A stretch of 64,000 bases of DNA. It comes from Carcharhinus amblyrhynchos. Its lineage: Eukaryota. Below the pieces are notes generated by a model. The model was not told where the DNA came from. It saw nothing but the letters and a program-made list of their open reading frames with translations, and ran no database searches. Below are positions 24,575 to 37,589 of this stretch, one piece after another. A program made the translations under genes and the position numbers. The first letter of the stretch is position 1. Each line of letters begins with the position of its first letter. The DNA lies in assembly GCA_965287045.1 (NCBI GenBank), contig OZ336876.1:22506001-22570000 (forward strand), given 5' to 3'.

Positions 24575-26345
24575 TTAGAATGGTGGAGCAGGCTTGATGG
24601 GCTGAGTGGCCTACTTCTGCTCCCATGTCTTGTGGCCTTTCAAAATGCTACACTATGAAATCCTTGATAATGGACTTCCCCAGTATTGATGTTAGGCTCA
24701 CTGGTGTTTTCTCTCTATCTCCCTTTCTGACGAGTGGGCTTATATTTGCTACCTTCCAATCTGTAGGAACCAGCGCAGAGTCTGAAGAATTTAGGAATAT
24801 GACCACCAATGAGTCTATTATTTCCAGGGCTACTTCCTTAAGTACTCTGGGATGAAGATTATCAGGCCCTGGAGATTTATCCACCTTCTATCCCATCAAT
24901 GTCCCCAAAACCATTTCTCTGCTAATACTGACTTCCTTCAGATCCTCATTAAAACTTGTTTTTCTCTGAACTTTAGGTACATTATTGATGTTTTCCTTTG
25001 TGAAAACAGAAGCAAAGTACAAATTTAGTTCCTTAGCCATTTCTTTGTTCCCTGTTAAGAGCTCTCCCGCCTCTGAGGCTGACACTCATTTTTGTGAATC
25101 TTTTTTCTTTACATACTTATAGAAACTTTAACAGTTAGTCTGCTATTTGCTATAGCCATTCACTCCAACCTGCCTACTTCAAGCATCTACCCAATTCACC
25201 TGTAAAAGCTGCTATTCTTTCAAGCAGTGCATTCTGGATCATATCTTTCTGCATAAAGAAAATACTCCTTACTTTATTTCTGGCCCTTTTTGATCAATTA
25301 CTTTAACTCTGTTCTCTGGTTGCTGACCTTTTTATTGTTGAAAATAGTTTCTCTTTGTTTAGTCTAACAATACCATTCATGATTTCGAGAGCATCTATTA
25401 AAACTCTTCTTTACCTTAGCCTGGGGGTACAACCCCAGCTTTTACAGTCTCTCCACTACCCAAAGTCCCTCATCCCTGATATCATTCTAATAAGTCTTCT
25501 TCATGTTTTTGATATCCTTCCTGGAGTGCGGTGCCCAGAACTGAAGATAATACTCAGCAGGGGCTTAACCTAGAATTTATAAATGCTTAGCATAACTCCC
25601 TAACTTTTGTACTTTATTGCTCAGTTTATAAAACCAAGTGACCCATACGCTTTTTAACAGCCTTATTTTTCCTGTTACCTTCAAAGATTTCTGCACATAA
25701 ACTCCAGGTTTCTCTGTTCCCACATCATTATCAAATGGCATTTGGTTTTATTGACTCTCCTCAATATGCCTTCCAAAATGCATCAGTTCACATTTGCATA
25801 AGTTAAATTTCACCTACCAAGTATCTGTCAATTTCACCAGTCTTTGTTCTCCCTATTAGAATAAAATCCCTACAGGAGGCCATTCTGCCCATCGGGTCTG
25901 CACCAACAACAATTCCACAACGGCCCAGTGCTCGCAACCCCAGGTATTCACCTTGCTAATCAGCCTAAGAGTCAATTTGGCTTGGTCAATTCGGCTTGGT
26001 CAATTCACCTAACCTGCACATCTTTGGGGTGTAGGAGGAGAGCGGAGCGCCCAGAGGAAATCCAAGCAGACACGGAGAGAACAGGCAAACTCCAAACTGA
26101 CAGCAACTTAAGGCCGGAATTGAACTCAGGTCCCTGTCACTGTGAGGCAGCAGTGCTAACTATTGTGCCATCATGCCATCCAATACTATCCTCTTCACTG
26201 GATTGTGACATTTCCAGCCTTCGTATTATCTGCAAACTTTGAAATTATGTCCTCTATACCCACGTAAGTCCAGGCCATAAATATAAATCAAAAAGAACAG
26301 TGGTTCTATCACCAATCCCCACCAGACTTCACTGGATACCTCCCT
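24575..26345 (-). mobile_element. Cluster of CR1 fragments, mostly minus strand, with a V-SINE at 25857-26180
   Basis: ORFs DKSPGPDNLHPRVLKEVA..DWKVANISPL and KEMAKELNLYFASVFT; SINE head in reverse complement at about 26140-26180. Confidence 0.8.
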
Positions 26346-26528
26346 TCAATTTCATAATCAGCTGAATTTAGATCTGAAGTCCATATGGTAACTGCGCGAG
26401 TTCCATTCATTCTCTGATCATGTGGGAAACATACAATAAGCATAGCACAATTGTATAAATGAGCTAATGTCACCAACTTCCTCCTAGTTCCCTTGCCTTT
26501 TAATTTGATATGAGGGCACAATTTCCAG

Positions 26529-26559
26529 GATTGGAAAACCAATTATTTTATCCCGTATG
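26529..26559 (+). CDS. Putative internal exon of an unidentified host gene (DWKTNYFIPY-G, phase 0 to 1)
   Basis: ttccag acceptor, strong G|gtaagc donor, in non-repeat DNA; its end phase joins the 32769 exon in frame. An alternative frame (RIGKPIILSRM) cannot be excluded. Confidence 0.45.
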
Positions 26560-27109
26560 GTAAGCACTATCACAAAAGAGGGCAGATAATGAAAGAAAAA
26601 ATATATATAGGGTTATTGGGATTTACAAAACTACAGGGTCATGTATTATAAAATGTGTTAGTACTACTTTGTACAGAAGATGGCATTGTGGTATTACTGT
26701 ACTGGCAGAAATGTGAAAAAAATCTTACAGACAAAATACTTGGCTCTTTTCCAGAATGCATTGTCAGGCAAGTTGTTCTACTTGTTCCAACTGCCAAGGT
26801 CCTTACTGAAGTCAGCTCATCTGTAAATTGCTAGAAAAGGATTACACATTTTGTCACCTCTTTTTCTAAAAAGAAACAAACCCATCTCTTCCAGTTTTCA
26901 GTGCAACATTGTTTTAAACACCTACTTTTAGTTGATAATACCTAACACCATACATTCTGATTGTTCAGACGTATTTATATTTCTGTGTCAACTTTGTTAA
27001 TTCAGCATTGAAAACAACATCAGTTCAGTGCTCAATAGGCAAATCTTTTCAGAAATATTATCACCTAATGAGTGCCGCACAGTCAGAACTACTGTGGACG
27101 TTGGCAATC

Positions 27110-27760
27110 AGAAACAAAAATAGAAAATACTACTCAAGAGGTCTGGCAGTATCTGTGGAGAGAGAATCAGTGGGTGGGATTTTCCAGTCCCACCTGCCCC
27201 AGGACTTGAAATTCCTGCCCAAGGTCAATAGTCCATTCAATAGTCCATTAGATTGCCTGTCCCACCTTTGATAATTCCCGTGGTGGGGGGACTGGAACAT
27301 TTATTCCAGTGTTAACATTTCAGGTTGATGACCTATTGTCAGAACTGGAAAAAGTTAGACACAGATTTGAAGCAAGTACAGTGGCAGGGAATCTGTTCTG
27401 TGACAGGTTACAAGGCAGGACATATCAAATGATAAATGGGATAACAGTGCAAGGCAAAAGGGAAGGGTAACTGAATAAGTGAAAAAACAAAGTTGGGTCT
27501 GGAAGAGATGCAAATGGTAAAAAAGTCGAATCATTACGTATAGCTGCTTGCTCAAAGGCAAATCATAAAAGTAAAATACAGGCTACATTTGATAGCACTT
27601 GAAATTATGATCTGAAATTGTTGAACTCAATGTTGAGCTCTGAAAACTGTAAAGAGCCTAATTGAAAGCTGAAGTGCTGTTCCTTGGGCTTACATTGAGT
27701 TTCATTGGAACAGTGTAGGAGGCAAAGGGCAAAAAGCTGAGTGAGAGCCAGTGAAATTGC
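27110..27760 (-). mobile_element. Penelope-like element (GIY-YIG C-terminus and pseudo-LTR with mutated HHR), with a MITE-like insert at about 27171-27308
   Basis: ORF 27605-27802 ends LHCSNETQCKPKEQHFSFQLGSLQFSELNIEFNNFRS; minus strand CTGACAA-TAGGT-CATCA-ACCT-GAAA-TG-TT-AAC; insert bounded by inverted TTCCAGTCCC / GGGACTGGAA. Confidence 0.75.
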
Positions 27761-30164
27761 CACTACACTTGCCTTGTGCGAGTTCGTATTGTTTTCATAC
27801 AATGTAATGTTCTGGATTTTGCAGTCAGTAGCAAATTAAGGGTTCTGGTTGCTACCCCCGAAGAAAACTGTCCGCAAAGACCTAACGGGAATCTCTTCTT
27901 TTCCGAAGGCAGTTTAAATCTGATGCAAGTCAGGGGGATGTCCCGATGTGCAGCAGCACGGATGTCAACAAGTAGGGAGGCAACAAGTCAAATTGAAGTA
28001 ATTATTATGAGGCCATTTGATATCCCACAAATTAGATTAGCTTTTAAGGGAGACAGTTTAAAAGTAATTATGAAGTGAAAATACCTTGTTACAGCTCACT
28101 CCAATAAGGTACAACTTTCTCCAGGCAAATCTTTGTCAATTGATAATGGCAAGTGAGCTATCATGGAATTGCCTCTGGATTTCCATGTTAAGTTGTGGAT
28201 ATATGAACTCTGAAGTTGTTGCCAGTTTTAATGGAGTAATGATGGCAAATGCTGACAGCTTTGTTGTCTTCACTACAGCAAAATCCGTGCCTCAATTTTC
28301 TGTTTCAATGTGCATGACCACATTAATAACCATGCACCTAGCCTTAATAGAGCTACCAAAACAGCCCCAGTATCTTTGGCAGTGATCAGTGTTTCTCATA
28401 TTCTTCATATGAGGACATAGTTGAGTTCCATCAGAAAGTGTTATCCTATTGAAAAGTAGATTTCTTCATGCCATTTCAAAATTGTGTGAACAGTGGGAGA
28501 TCCAGAATGGATTCTCACACAACCTGAATAATCACTGCCTCCAGAACTTTTCCATTTCTTGTGACCTTCCAGTTTCTATTGCAAGGACAGTTTTCAATTC
28601 ATTTCAGTTGACTTACATTTCAAACTTTTAATTCCACAAGCCTTGATCTTATTTATCAGCCTTAGGATTGAATATTTTTCAAATGCTCTCAGGAAATATC
28701 AAAGAAAGGTATAGACACAAGTTTGCCTTTATTAACCAAATTGATCATTTTTCAAAGCAGCCCCAGCATATTCATGAGACTAAAATGTTGCTGTTAACTC
28801 TGTATTGACTGCTCCCTATCAGTTGTGTATTTTACTGAGTGAACAATCATTGAAAAAATATTTTTAAACTTTGTCAAATATTAAACTAATGTGCTGAATG
28901 TCCGCAGTTGATATCTCAGACCTAGTTGGGAATTGGAATAGACTCATAGGGCAGATATTTGGGTGTGTCCAGTTATGGGCATGCCGGGGTAGTGGTGGTG
29001 ATGTGGTCAAAGTGTGCCAATGCCTGCACTTGAATGGTGAGGCCTGAGACTTCCATGATATTAGACTGCTGGCATTATTAACATTAATTAACAATAACTT
29101 TGGAATACCATGCCTCCAAAGACTAAGCAAAGATCATTTCACAGTTAATGACACAGCATACTTAAGGTATGTGAGGCCGGGGTGAATCTGAGTTTAGGGA
29201 AAAGCAGACTCAGAGGTCAGAAAACAAGAGGCTTAATCTCATTTGCAGCTTACACATTTGTTAATCAACAGAAATGGCTTCTCTTTCAACTTTTGTGGTC
29301 TCTGAGTCCCTTCCATGCCTTCTGCTTTCCCATCCCAGCTTCCTGTCTCCCGCCGCTTGACTCCTAGCCAACTTTCATGGGCTCTGGTGCCCTTCCCTAG
29401 GCTCTGTTCTCCCCGGGACTGGCCTTTGACCTCTCTCCATGGCTTCCAACCCTCTTTCCCGGCCTATCACTCTCTTGTCCTATCTCCCGATGACTGGTCT
29501 CCAGCCAAATTTTCCAATCATATTCCTGCCGGTCTTATGGAAGGCATAGGAGGACAGATAGGATTCAATAAACAGATGCTTGATAGCCAACTTTATTTTT
29601 CAGCCCTCTGCTTATAAACTGCACATATCCAGTGTGGCGTGCCACATCCTGGCGTGAGAAAGTTCGATCTGGAATTATTACTGCGAATGTCAAACAGACT
29701 TTTTGGGTTCAGGGATGGTCTCTTGATTTGCACGAGCTGCATGACCAGCGCTGGAACACCAGAGCCATTTGTGGTATAGCCAACCACCGATAAAGGCAGA
29801 CCTGGTCAAAGATTACCTGGAAGGGGCAAGAGAAGGATGTGAACGATTAGGTTTTGCATTTTTTTGGGGACTGCTGGGGTGAAGGGAGGGTGGGGGATAG
29901 GAGGGTGGTAGCGGTGCAGAGGTGGGGTGAGGGTGGCACATATCTTTTTCTTTAATAGTCTGATTGTTGTGCACTGCCCTGAGTAAGGCATGCTCAATTG
30001 CAGACAACACATCAGTGAATAATTTTATTCACACCTCAGCAGCAGAGAGGGCAGTATTTGATTTGATTTGCCAATAGGTTTGGCCAGGCTGCCATCTCTC
30101 TTCATAATACTGTGCATAAATGAATAAATCATGGCAGTCTTCGCAATTGAAGCCAAAAGACATA

Positions 30165-30430
30165 TTTTTAGAAAACATTTATGGGATGTGGGCGTGCTGG
30201 CTAGGCCAGCATTTATTTCCCACCTGGAATTGTCCTTGAGAAGGTGGTGGCGAGCAGCCTTTTTGAACCCCTGCAGTCCCTGTGGTGTAGGTACACCCAC
30301 AGTGCTGTTAGGGAGGGAGGTGCAGGATTTTGACTCAGTGACAATGAAGGAATGGCAATATATTTCCAAGCCAGGATGGTGAATGACTTGGTGATGAACT
30401 TTTAGATGGTCGTTTTCCTACAGTCTTTTC
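30165..30430 (-). mobile_element. Old CR1-clade 3' end
   Basis: ORF 30025-30369 SKSCTSLPNSTVGVPTPQGLQGFKKAARHHLLK is a typical CR1 ORF2 C-terminus. Confidence 0.85.
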
Positions 30431-30586
30431 TTCTGTTCCCTTTGTCTCTAGAAAATGACTTAAGCATGATGCTCATAGCTGGGATAACCTCTTTAGCATG
30501 TGTTATTGGCATCCTGTTTACAGGAGCAGGCCATTGACCTCCCCTCAACTCCTCTCCACCCGAGGTAGTTCTCTACTTGCACATGA

Positions 30587-30862
30587 AAGTTTAAAGTTAT
30601 TAGTTACAAGTAAGGCTTACATTAACACTGCAGTGAAGTTACTGTGAAATTCCCCTAGTTGCCACAGTCAGGTGCCTGGGTCAATGCACCTAACCAGCAT
30701 GTCCTTCAGGATATGGGAGGAAACTGGAGCGCTTGGAGGAAACCCATGCAGAGAAGGGGAGAACGTACAAACTCCACACAGATAGTGACCCAAGTCAGGA
30801 ATCGAACCCAAGTCCCTGGTGCTGTGAAGCAGCAATGCTAATGACTGTGCTACGGTGCTGCC
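30587..30862 (-). mobile_element. V-SINE-type SINE with alternative tail
   Basis: Same subfamily as 8515-8808 and 38081-38348. Confidence 0.88.
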
Positions 30863-30984
30863 CCTGCTGAAGTCCAAACATAAAGATACACTGGCCTCTT
30901 GCTGCTATGATCAGGTGAGTCACCCGCCAACTCATCCCATGAATATAGTTAATAGAAATGGTCTTTTTTTTTCAAATAATGAAT

Positions 30985-31940
30985 GTACAGAATCACAGAA
31001 TTACAGCACAGAAGGCAGCCATTGTGCCTTCACCATTCTTTGAGCAATTCCCTTCCTGCTATTACACTATCTTCATCGCATAACCCTGCATAAATTCATC
31101 TTTTCAGATAACAATCTAATTCACTTCTAAATGCTTCAATTGAACCTGGCTCCATCACACTCTCAAGCAGTACATTTCAGAGCTTAAACACCCACTGTGT
31201 GAAAAATACTTTTCTCACATCACTTTTTTGCTTCTTTTGTCAATTATTTTAAATTGCCCTCTAATTCTCGATCTTTTCACAAGCAGGAACAATATCTGCT
31301 CTGTCCAGACTCCTCATTACTTTGAATACCTCTATCAAATCCCTGCATCCCCTTTTACAATTGTACTCTTTATTTTAGATTGTCTCTCCATGTTCTTCCT
31401 ATCAAAATGAATCACTTCGCATTTCTCTGCATTGAACTTCATCTGTCACTTTTTCATTCATTTCACCAACTTGTCTATGGCTTTTGAAATTCCACATTAT
31501 CATCAGCACAGTTTGCAATGCTTCCAAGTTTGTATCATCTGCAAACTTTGAAATTGCAACCTGTCCACAAAGGTCCAGGTCAAAAATATATGTTAGAAAA
31601 AGTGAGGGTCCCAACAATGACCCTTGGAGACCTCCATTACAAACCTTCCTCCAGCCCGAAAAAGATATTCACTAATCATTACTCTCTGTTTTCTGTCACT
31701 CTGCCAATTTTTTTTTATCTATGGTGCTACTGTCCCTTTTATTCCATAAGCCATAATTTTTTCAGAATTTTGTTGTTTGGCACTGTATCAAATGCCTTCT
31801 GGAAGTTCATACACCACATTAACAACATTGTCTTCATCAGCCTTCTCTGGTACCTCTTCATAAAACTTCAGCGAGTTAGCTAATCATGATTTTCCCATAA
31901 GAAAGCAATGTTGCTTTTCCTTAATTCACCCACATTAGTC
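30985..31940 (-). mobile_element. Old CR1 LINE fragment
   Basis: LGPSLFLTYIFDLD..ISKFADDT (ORF 31402-31617); ACAGAATCACAGAAT tail. Confidence 0.85.
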
Positions 31941-32768
31941 ATTTGCCATTCAGCCAGTAATTTTCCTACAGATTCCTGAGTCTTTATACATGAGAGCCAA
32001 TCTCCCACTGTCAGAGGAAGATCTTCCTCTTACATTTATTAAACACTAAACCTGTCGTTGTCTTTAATAGTGCTGAGTTTTCTTCAGGATGTCCAGTTCT
32101 CTGTCAACTTTTATTGCCATTTTTGCCACTTATTTGACTGAGAATAGATTAAATGTTGTTACCAAGCAACAGAGAATTAAATCTTGAACAGTAGTGAAAT
32201 GACAAGAGGCACTTACTCGGGCTGTAGCTTCCAAATTAATATTTCTGCAGGCAACGGAAGCTGCAAAATATAGCCACAAACATTATTATGGATTTTATCT
32301 ATTACTGCTAGTTGTGTACTTCAGCTTCTCCAATTAAAGCCTTATTGCTATTCCCAACTGATTACTTTCTTCCCATTTGCAATTCTGGGTTCTGCAATGT
32401 ATGTAATAAGCAGTGGAAAGTGATCACTTTCATTTTAATGTTAGGTCCTTTACTAAATCATCCTACTGACTAAACCAATGAGTTATACATGTGACATACC
32501 TGATTAAAGTGGATGGGAGAAATCACCAAGGAAGATGCATGCACTCATGCATGTATATCATGTCGGACAATTCCTAGAAAGGTTCTCTGTGGATACTAGA
32601 GTTTAGTAGCCTGATCAATGAGTGACAAAAGTATAAGGAAAGTAAGTTATGCATTTTGGGGAAGTATACTCCAGACGTAGGACAGGAATTTCCAGAACTT
32701 TTTATGTTATTCTTCAGGGTCAACTTGACCCTTTTGAGAGTAAGTTTCCTTTGTAACATTTGGGACAG

Positions 32769-32824
32769 GAGGTGTCAGCTTTGCCCATCTGATGCAGTTG
32801 GCAGGAGGTCCAAATGGAATTAAG
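32769..32824 (+). CDS. Putative internal exon (GVSFAHLMQLAGGPNGIK, phase 1 to 0)
   Basis: tttcctttgtaacatttgggacag acceptor, strong AAG|gtaaga donor, 56-nt open frame, non-repeat DNA. Confidence 0.6.
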
Positions 32825-32943
32825 GTAAGAGCTCAAAAATCTCAAACAATGTTTCATGAAAAGTGATTTTCAAAACATTTTGTAATTTTTATCTTTAATG
32901 AAATTATTTGACTTTCAACAAATGTAAACTTGTCACTTGGTTG

Positions 32944-33370
32944 TACATAGAACATTACAGCGTAGTACAGGCCCTTCAGCCCTCGATTTTGCGCCGACTA
33001 GTGGAACCAATCTCATGACCCTCCAACCTAAACTATTCCAATATTATCCATATGCCTATCCAATGACCATTTGAACGCCCTTAAAATTGGCGAGTCCACA
33101 ACTGTTGCAGGCAGGACATTCCACATCCTTACTACCCTTTGAGTAAAGTACCTACTTCTGACATCCGTCCTTTAATTATCACCCCTCAATTTAAAGCTAC
33201 GTCCCCTTGTGTTAGCCATCACCATCCGAGGGAAAAGGCTCTCACTGTCCACCCTATCTAACCCTCTGATCATCTTGTATGCCTCAATTAGGTCACCTCT
33301 TAACCTTCTTCTCTCTAATGAAGACAACCTCAAGTCCTTCAGCCTTTCCTCATGGGACCTTCCCACCATA
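32944..33370 (-). mobile_element. CR1 (HER1-like) 3' fragment
   Basis: EERLKDLRLSSLERRRLRGDLIEAYKM; (ACATAGA) tail. Confidence 0.9.
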
Positions 33371-33371
33371 C

Positions 33372-34036
33372 AGGGCTTGAGTATTGCTGAAAAAGTAGAC
33401 TTTTTTGCCAAAGCTTTTAATCTTGAAATCATCAGAGCAATTTGCAAGAATACCAAATGCAAAGGGAACAGCAATTTATAGTGTGTAAGAACAGCATGCC
33501 AATTAGTTAGCTTTTCGAACTGAAGACTGCCCAGTCTACTTTACAATACATTGGAATGGTAAGGTTTTGCAAAAATTTGAGCAACAAGTGAAGCTAGCTT
33601 TTTCACACTGCTACTATGCAGTAGCAACAGAAGAAACTGATGGTATGCTGCTGTCAAACCAAAAGGACATTCTGCTAATCACACAAATGATTAAAGTGGG
33701 ATGTGAATTTCAGTGCCAGTGTGATACTAAGTGTGTAGGCCATACATCCCAAAGACTGGCGGATCACATCAAACAACATGTCCATTCCACTGTTCATAAT
33801 GACGAAGGTAGTGTACTCAGCCAGCCCGTGCTTACAAAATTCAATATACAATGTCCAACGTTAAATGTGATTCCATGATTGGTCAACATTTGCTAAATAA
33901 CCTTCAGTGTGCTAAGAATTGTGCTGACAACCAATTTAAGGTTGTCAGTCAGGCTCACAAAGAGGCACATTTGTGTGTATATTGGAAGCTGTATTTTTAA
34001 TACACAGGGCCCTGTTCCTTGCAGGTAGAAGGAACA
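33372..34036 (+). mobile_element. Penelope-like element (GIY-YIG remnant) with inverted 5' pseudo-LTR
   Basis: ORF 33567-33878 ..CEFQCQCDTKCVGHTSQRLADHIKQHV is a decayed GIY-YIG domain; 33372-33510 is an inverted terminus with a decayed CTGATGA...AAAAGCTT motif on the minus strand. Confidence 0.8.
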
Positions 34037-35310
34037 TAGAATCACAGAATTGTTACAGTGTAGAAGACCTTTTGTTTCATTGTGTCTGCACCAGCTTTCT
34101 AAATAAGCATTATGGTTCAGTGCCATTCTCCTACCTTTTCCCCCAAACCCATTGTTTCTATTTACATTATAATCTAATGCTCTCGAGTGCCTCGATTGAG
34201 CCTGCCTCCACTACAATTCCAGGCAGTGCATTCCAAACCCGAACCCGCTGTGTGAAAATGTCATTTCTCATATTGCATTTGCTTCATCAATCTGCCCTCA
34301 TAATGGAAGGTTTTCATCCCTGGAACCATTCTTGTAAATCTCTTCTGCACACTCCTCAATGCATTCACACCTTTACTATATATAGCACCCAGAACTGTAC
34401 ATAATATTCCAGCTGAAGTCTATCTAGTGTCATGTGTAAGTTCAGCATAACCACATTGCTATTGTACTCTATGCCATTATTAATAAAGCCTAGAATACTG
34501 TATGTTTTATTAACTGCTCTCTCCGCCTTTGCTGCCACCTTTAACTTATGCACATGTACTCCCAGAGCCCTCTGCTTCTCCACACCCTTTAGCGATGTAC
34601 ACCTTATTTTGTATTGTCTCTCCACATTCTTGCCAACAAAATGAATCACCGCACATCTCCATATTGAATTTCACCTGCCATCTGTCTATCCACTCCATCA
34701 ACTTGTCTATGTCCTTTTGAAATTCTACACTGTCCTCTCAGTTTACAAAGCTTCCAAGTTCTGAATCATCTGCAAACTTTGAAATTGTGCCCTGCACACC
34801 AAGGTCGAGATCATTAATATATATCAGGAGAAGCAAGGGTCCCAATACAGACCTCTGGGGAACCCCACTACAAACCTCCCTCTAGCCTGAAAAATATCCA
34901 TTAACCATTACTCGCTGTTTCTTATCACGGAGCCAGTTCTGTATACATGTTGCTACTGTCCCTTTTATTCCATGAGCTATAACTTTTCTCACAAGTTTTT
35001 TGTGTGGCACTACATCAAATGTCTTTTGAAAGTCTATGTATATCACATCAACAACATTAACCTAATCAACCCTCTCTGTTACCAGGAGGTATAGCATCCA
35101 GTAATGCCTTCTGGTAGGAAAATTAAGAATGTATGTTCAACGGTAAAATTTTAAAGCAGGTGTCAGAGAGAAATGGGAGATGTTTGTACACAATTTTCCA
35201 AAGTGGCAGGACAGATTGACAAACCTGTTTGTAAAATATCTGGGATCCTGGGCTTCATAAATAGAACCATGGAGTACAAGAGCTAAGAAGTTATTCTAAA
35301 ACACTACCTT
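34036..35310 (-). mobile_element. Old CR1 fragments (minus 34036-35085, short plus piece to 35310)
   Basis: ORF 34365-34649 QRALGVHVH..LGFINNGIEY..QLEYYVQFW. Confidence 0.8.
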
Positions 35311-36634
35311 GGCCCCTGTCAAGTCAGAATCTTGTTGCCGTTTACACTGGCAGGATCTTACTTGTGCTTGATATGGGGAGTTCTTGCTACCTCAGGGAGG
35401 GCTGATAGCTCAAGATGACTGGGATTTTGTAGTAGGAAATCAGCTAATGGCTATCAATGGTGTGGGTAATGGCTATTCACAGGTAGCAGCTCGATATGGA
35501 GAATGCAATTGCATCCTCTAAATCTCCTATACAGTCTGCAAATACTTCTACTTGTTGCCTATTTTTCTTAGACTAAGGGAAGATGATACAGGTTTAATAA
35601 AGATGGGTCAGGGCCGAAGATTTGAAAACAGTAATCTCTAAAAGATAGCCATTATTAATTTGCATAAAAGCCACCAGGACTTGAGCGCCCCTGCAGGTTT
35701 TTGCTGATGATGGACAAAGATTGAGTAGTAAGTTCCGTAACAAGACAACCCCTCACAATAATTTCAGTTCTGAAACACCATCTTTTGACAACCATTTAGA
35801 TGCTCCGCTCAGATTATAGAATTCAGCCACATTAGCGTGAAAACCCAAGGGCTAATGAGTCTGTGTGATCAAGCCGGAACTTACGCAGTCAGTTTACTGG
35901 AACCATGCTTGATGGGTAAAAAGTAGAACCCTTGTAAAATGTATGGGTAGAAGAAAGACAATTAAAAGTAAAAATGTCAGCAGCCTAAGTTGTAATTACC
36001 CATGTCTGGATGGAGCAGGTGAAGCAGCATATATTGCCAATCCGTAGTTGTCCTGTGAAGGTGATGGGGGGGCCTTCTCCTCAATTTGTTGTAATCCTTG
36101 TGGGGACAGAGTTGCCACAAGGGGATAGGGTAGGGAACTTCAGAATATTAACCCAGAGATGGTGAAGGAACAAACAGCAAAATATATTCTGGAATCAGGA
36201 TGGTCTTTGACTCGGAGGGTGACTTTGAAGTGATGGTGATCCTACAGCATTGTTGCAGTTGGCTTTCTCAGGTGTGCTGGTCACAGGGGAGGGAAATGCA
36301 TTTGAATTAATGTCACTGAGTTGCTGCAATGCATCCTTTAATTCATTCATACTGAAGTGACATATTGAACGGATATATGGTTACTTAGGCAGCCAAAAAG
36401 ACAGATGTTTTCTCATGGAATGGTTAAAGCCTGTTAAAGCTGGGTAGATGTCCTGATGGAAGTGCAATCAGGGGATTGCTTTAATCAGAGCAGAATGCAT
36501 TACGAATAATCCACCTACAATTTTCCCTGACAGACAATGCTAACCCCTTTAGTAAAACTCCTGGCAGCTAGTCCTTTAGTGGCCTCTGATTTCCATTCCC
36601 CAGGGCACAGCAAGCCACCATGATAGAAGAAACT

Positions 36635-36790
36635 TGAAACCAAAAGAGAAAATGCTAGAAAATCTCAGCAAGTCTGGCAGCAACTATAAGGAGAAAAAAG
36701 AGCTGACATTTTGAGTACCGACGGCCCTTTGTCAAAGCTTTGATTTCTTTTGGTATCAGATTCCAGCATCCACGGTAATTTGCTTTTATA
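36635..36790. mobile_element. PLE-terminus-derived fold-back element with most of its right arm deleted
   Basis: Left arm near-identical to 61881-61955; central palindrome TCAAAGCTTTGA; then TTCTTTTGGTATCAGATTCCAGCATC. Confidence 0.75.
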
Positions 36791-36964
36791 GAAAAAACTT
36801 GCTCTGACACATACTACAGTGCCCTGAGGCACGAAAACATTCCCGTCACTATTCTTACAGACCACTTAACAATTGTTTCAGCTCACTAATCTATGTCACT
36901 GCTGCTAAGGATGCCACTCAAAGTAGAGTTGTGAGCCACAAAAGCACCCAAAGTCTAGGCTGGA

Positions 36965-37192
36965 CTAAAAACAAAATACCATGGATGCTGGCAATCTGAA
37001 ATTAAAAACAGATAATTCTGGAAAGACACAGCAATTATGACAGCATCTGTGGATGGAGAAACACCGTTAACATTCTGAATCCATATTACCAGGATCAGGG
37101 TGCTGTAGAAGAGTCACACAGACTTGAACATTAACAGTGTTTCTCTCTCCACAGATGCTGCTAGACCTGCTGAGTTGATCCAGCATTTTCTA
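36965..37192. mobile_element. Older PLE-terminus-derived fold-back element
   Basis: CAGCATCTGTGG..GAGAAACAC.GTTAA pairs with TTAACAGTGTTTCTC..CCACAGATGCTG; decayed HHR CTGTAGA-A-GAGTC-ACACA-GACTT-GAA-CATT. Confidence 0.7.
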
Positions 37193-37589
37193 TAGAAGCC
37201 TGGAGAGTCTCCTTTCAAAAACATCGTGAGAATTACTTTCAATTTTGGCATTGGTCTGCAGAACTCATTGTTGCTAATCACAACTAATTTGAATGATCAG
37301 GGCTTGGGACTTTTCTCTACTGAGGAATTTTGATTAGTTCAGAATAGGAGCCCACAATACAGCCTGAACTTTGTTGAAACCAGCGATATGATATCGTTCT
37401 TTCATACAAATGCTTTGCAATCACCCCAGGAGGCACCACCCTTCGGATGATGCCTTTGTTACCATTGATGGAAAATGCAAAATGTAATGGCACTCGGTGA
37501 CATTATAGCAGTTACGTTCTTCAGCCTGGAAAGTGTCAGTGGTATAGAAATTGAGGGCCACTAGCCTGGCTCAGGCCCATGTCTGTACA

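Noticed and set aside
29560-29830. Harbinger Myb/SANT-like relic
   Set aside because: Similarity too faint to support by eye
32217-32260. Minus-strand micro-exon with cag / gtaagt boundaries
   Set aside because: Isolated; no partner exons found on that strand
32718-32739. Plus-strand mini-exon GQLDPFE with gtaagt donor
   Set aside because: Only ~29 nt from the next acceptor, too short an intron; reading through hits a stop
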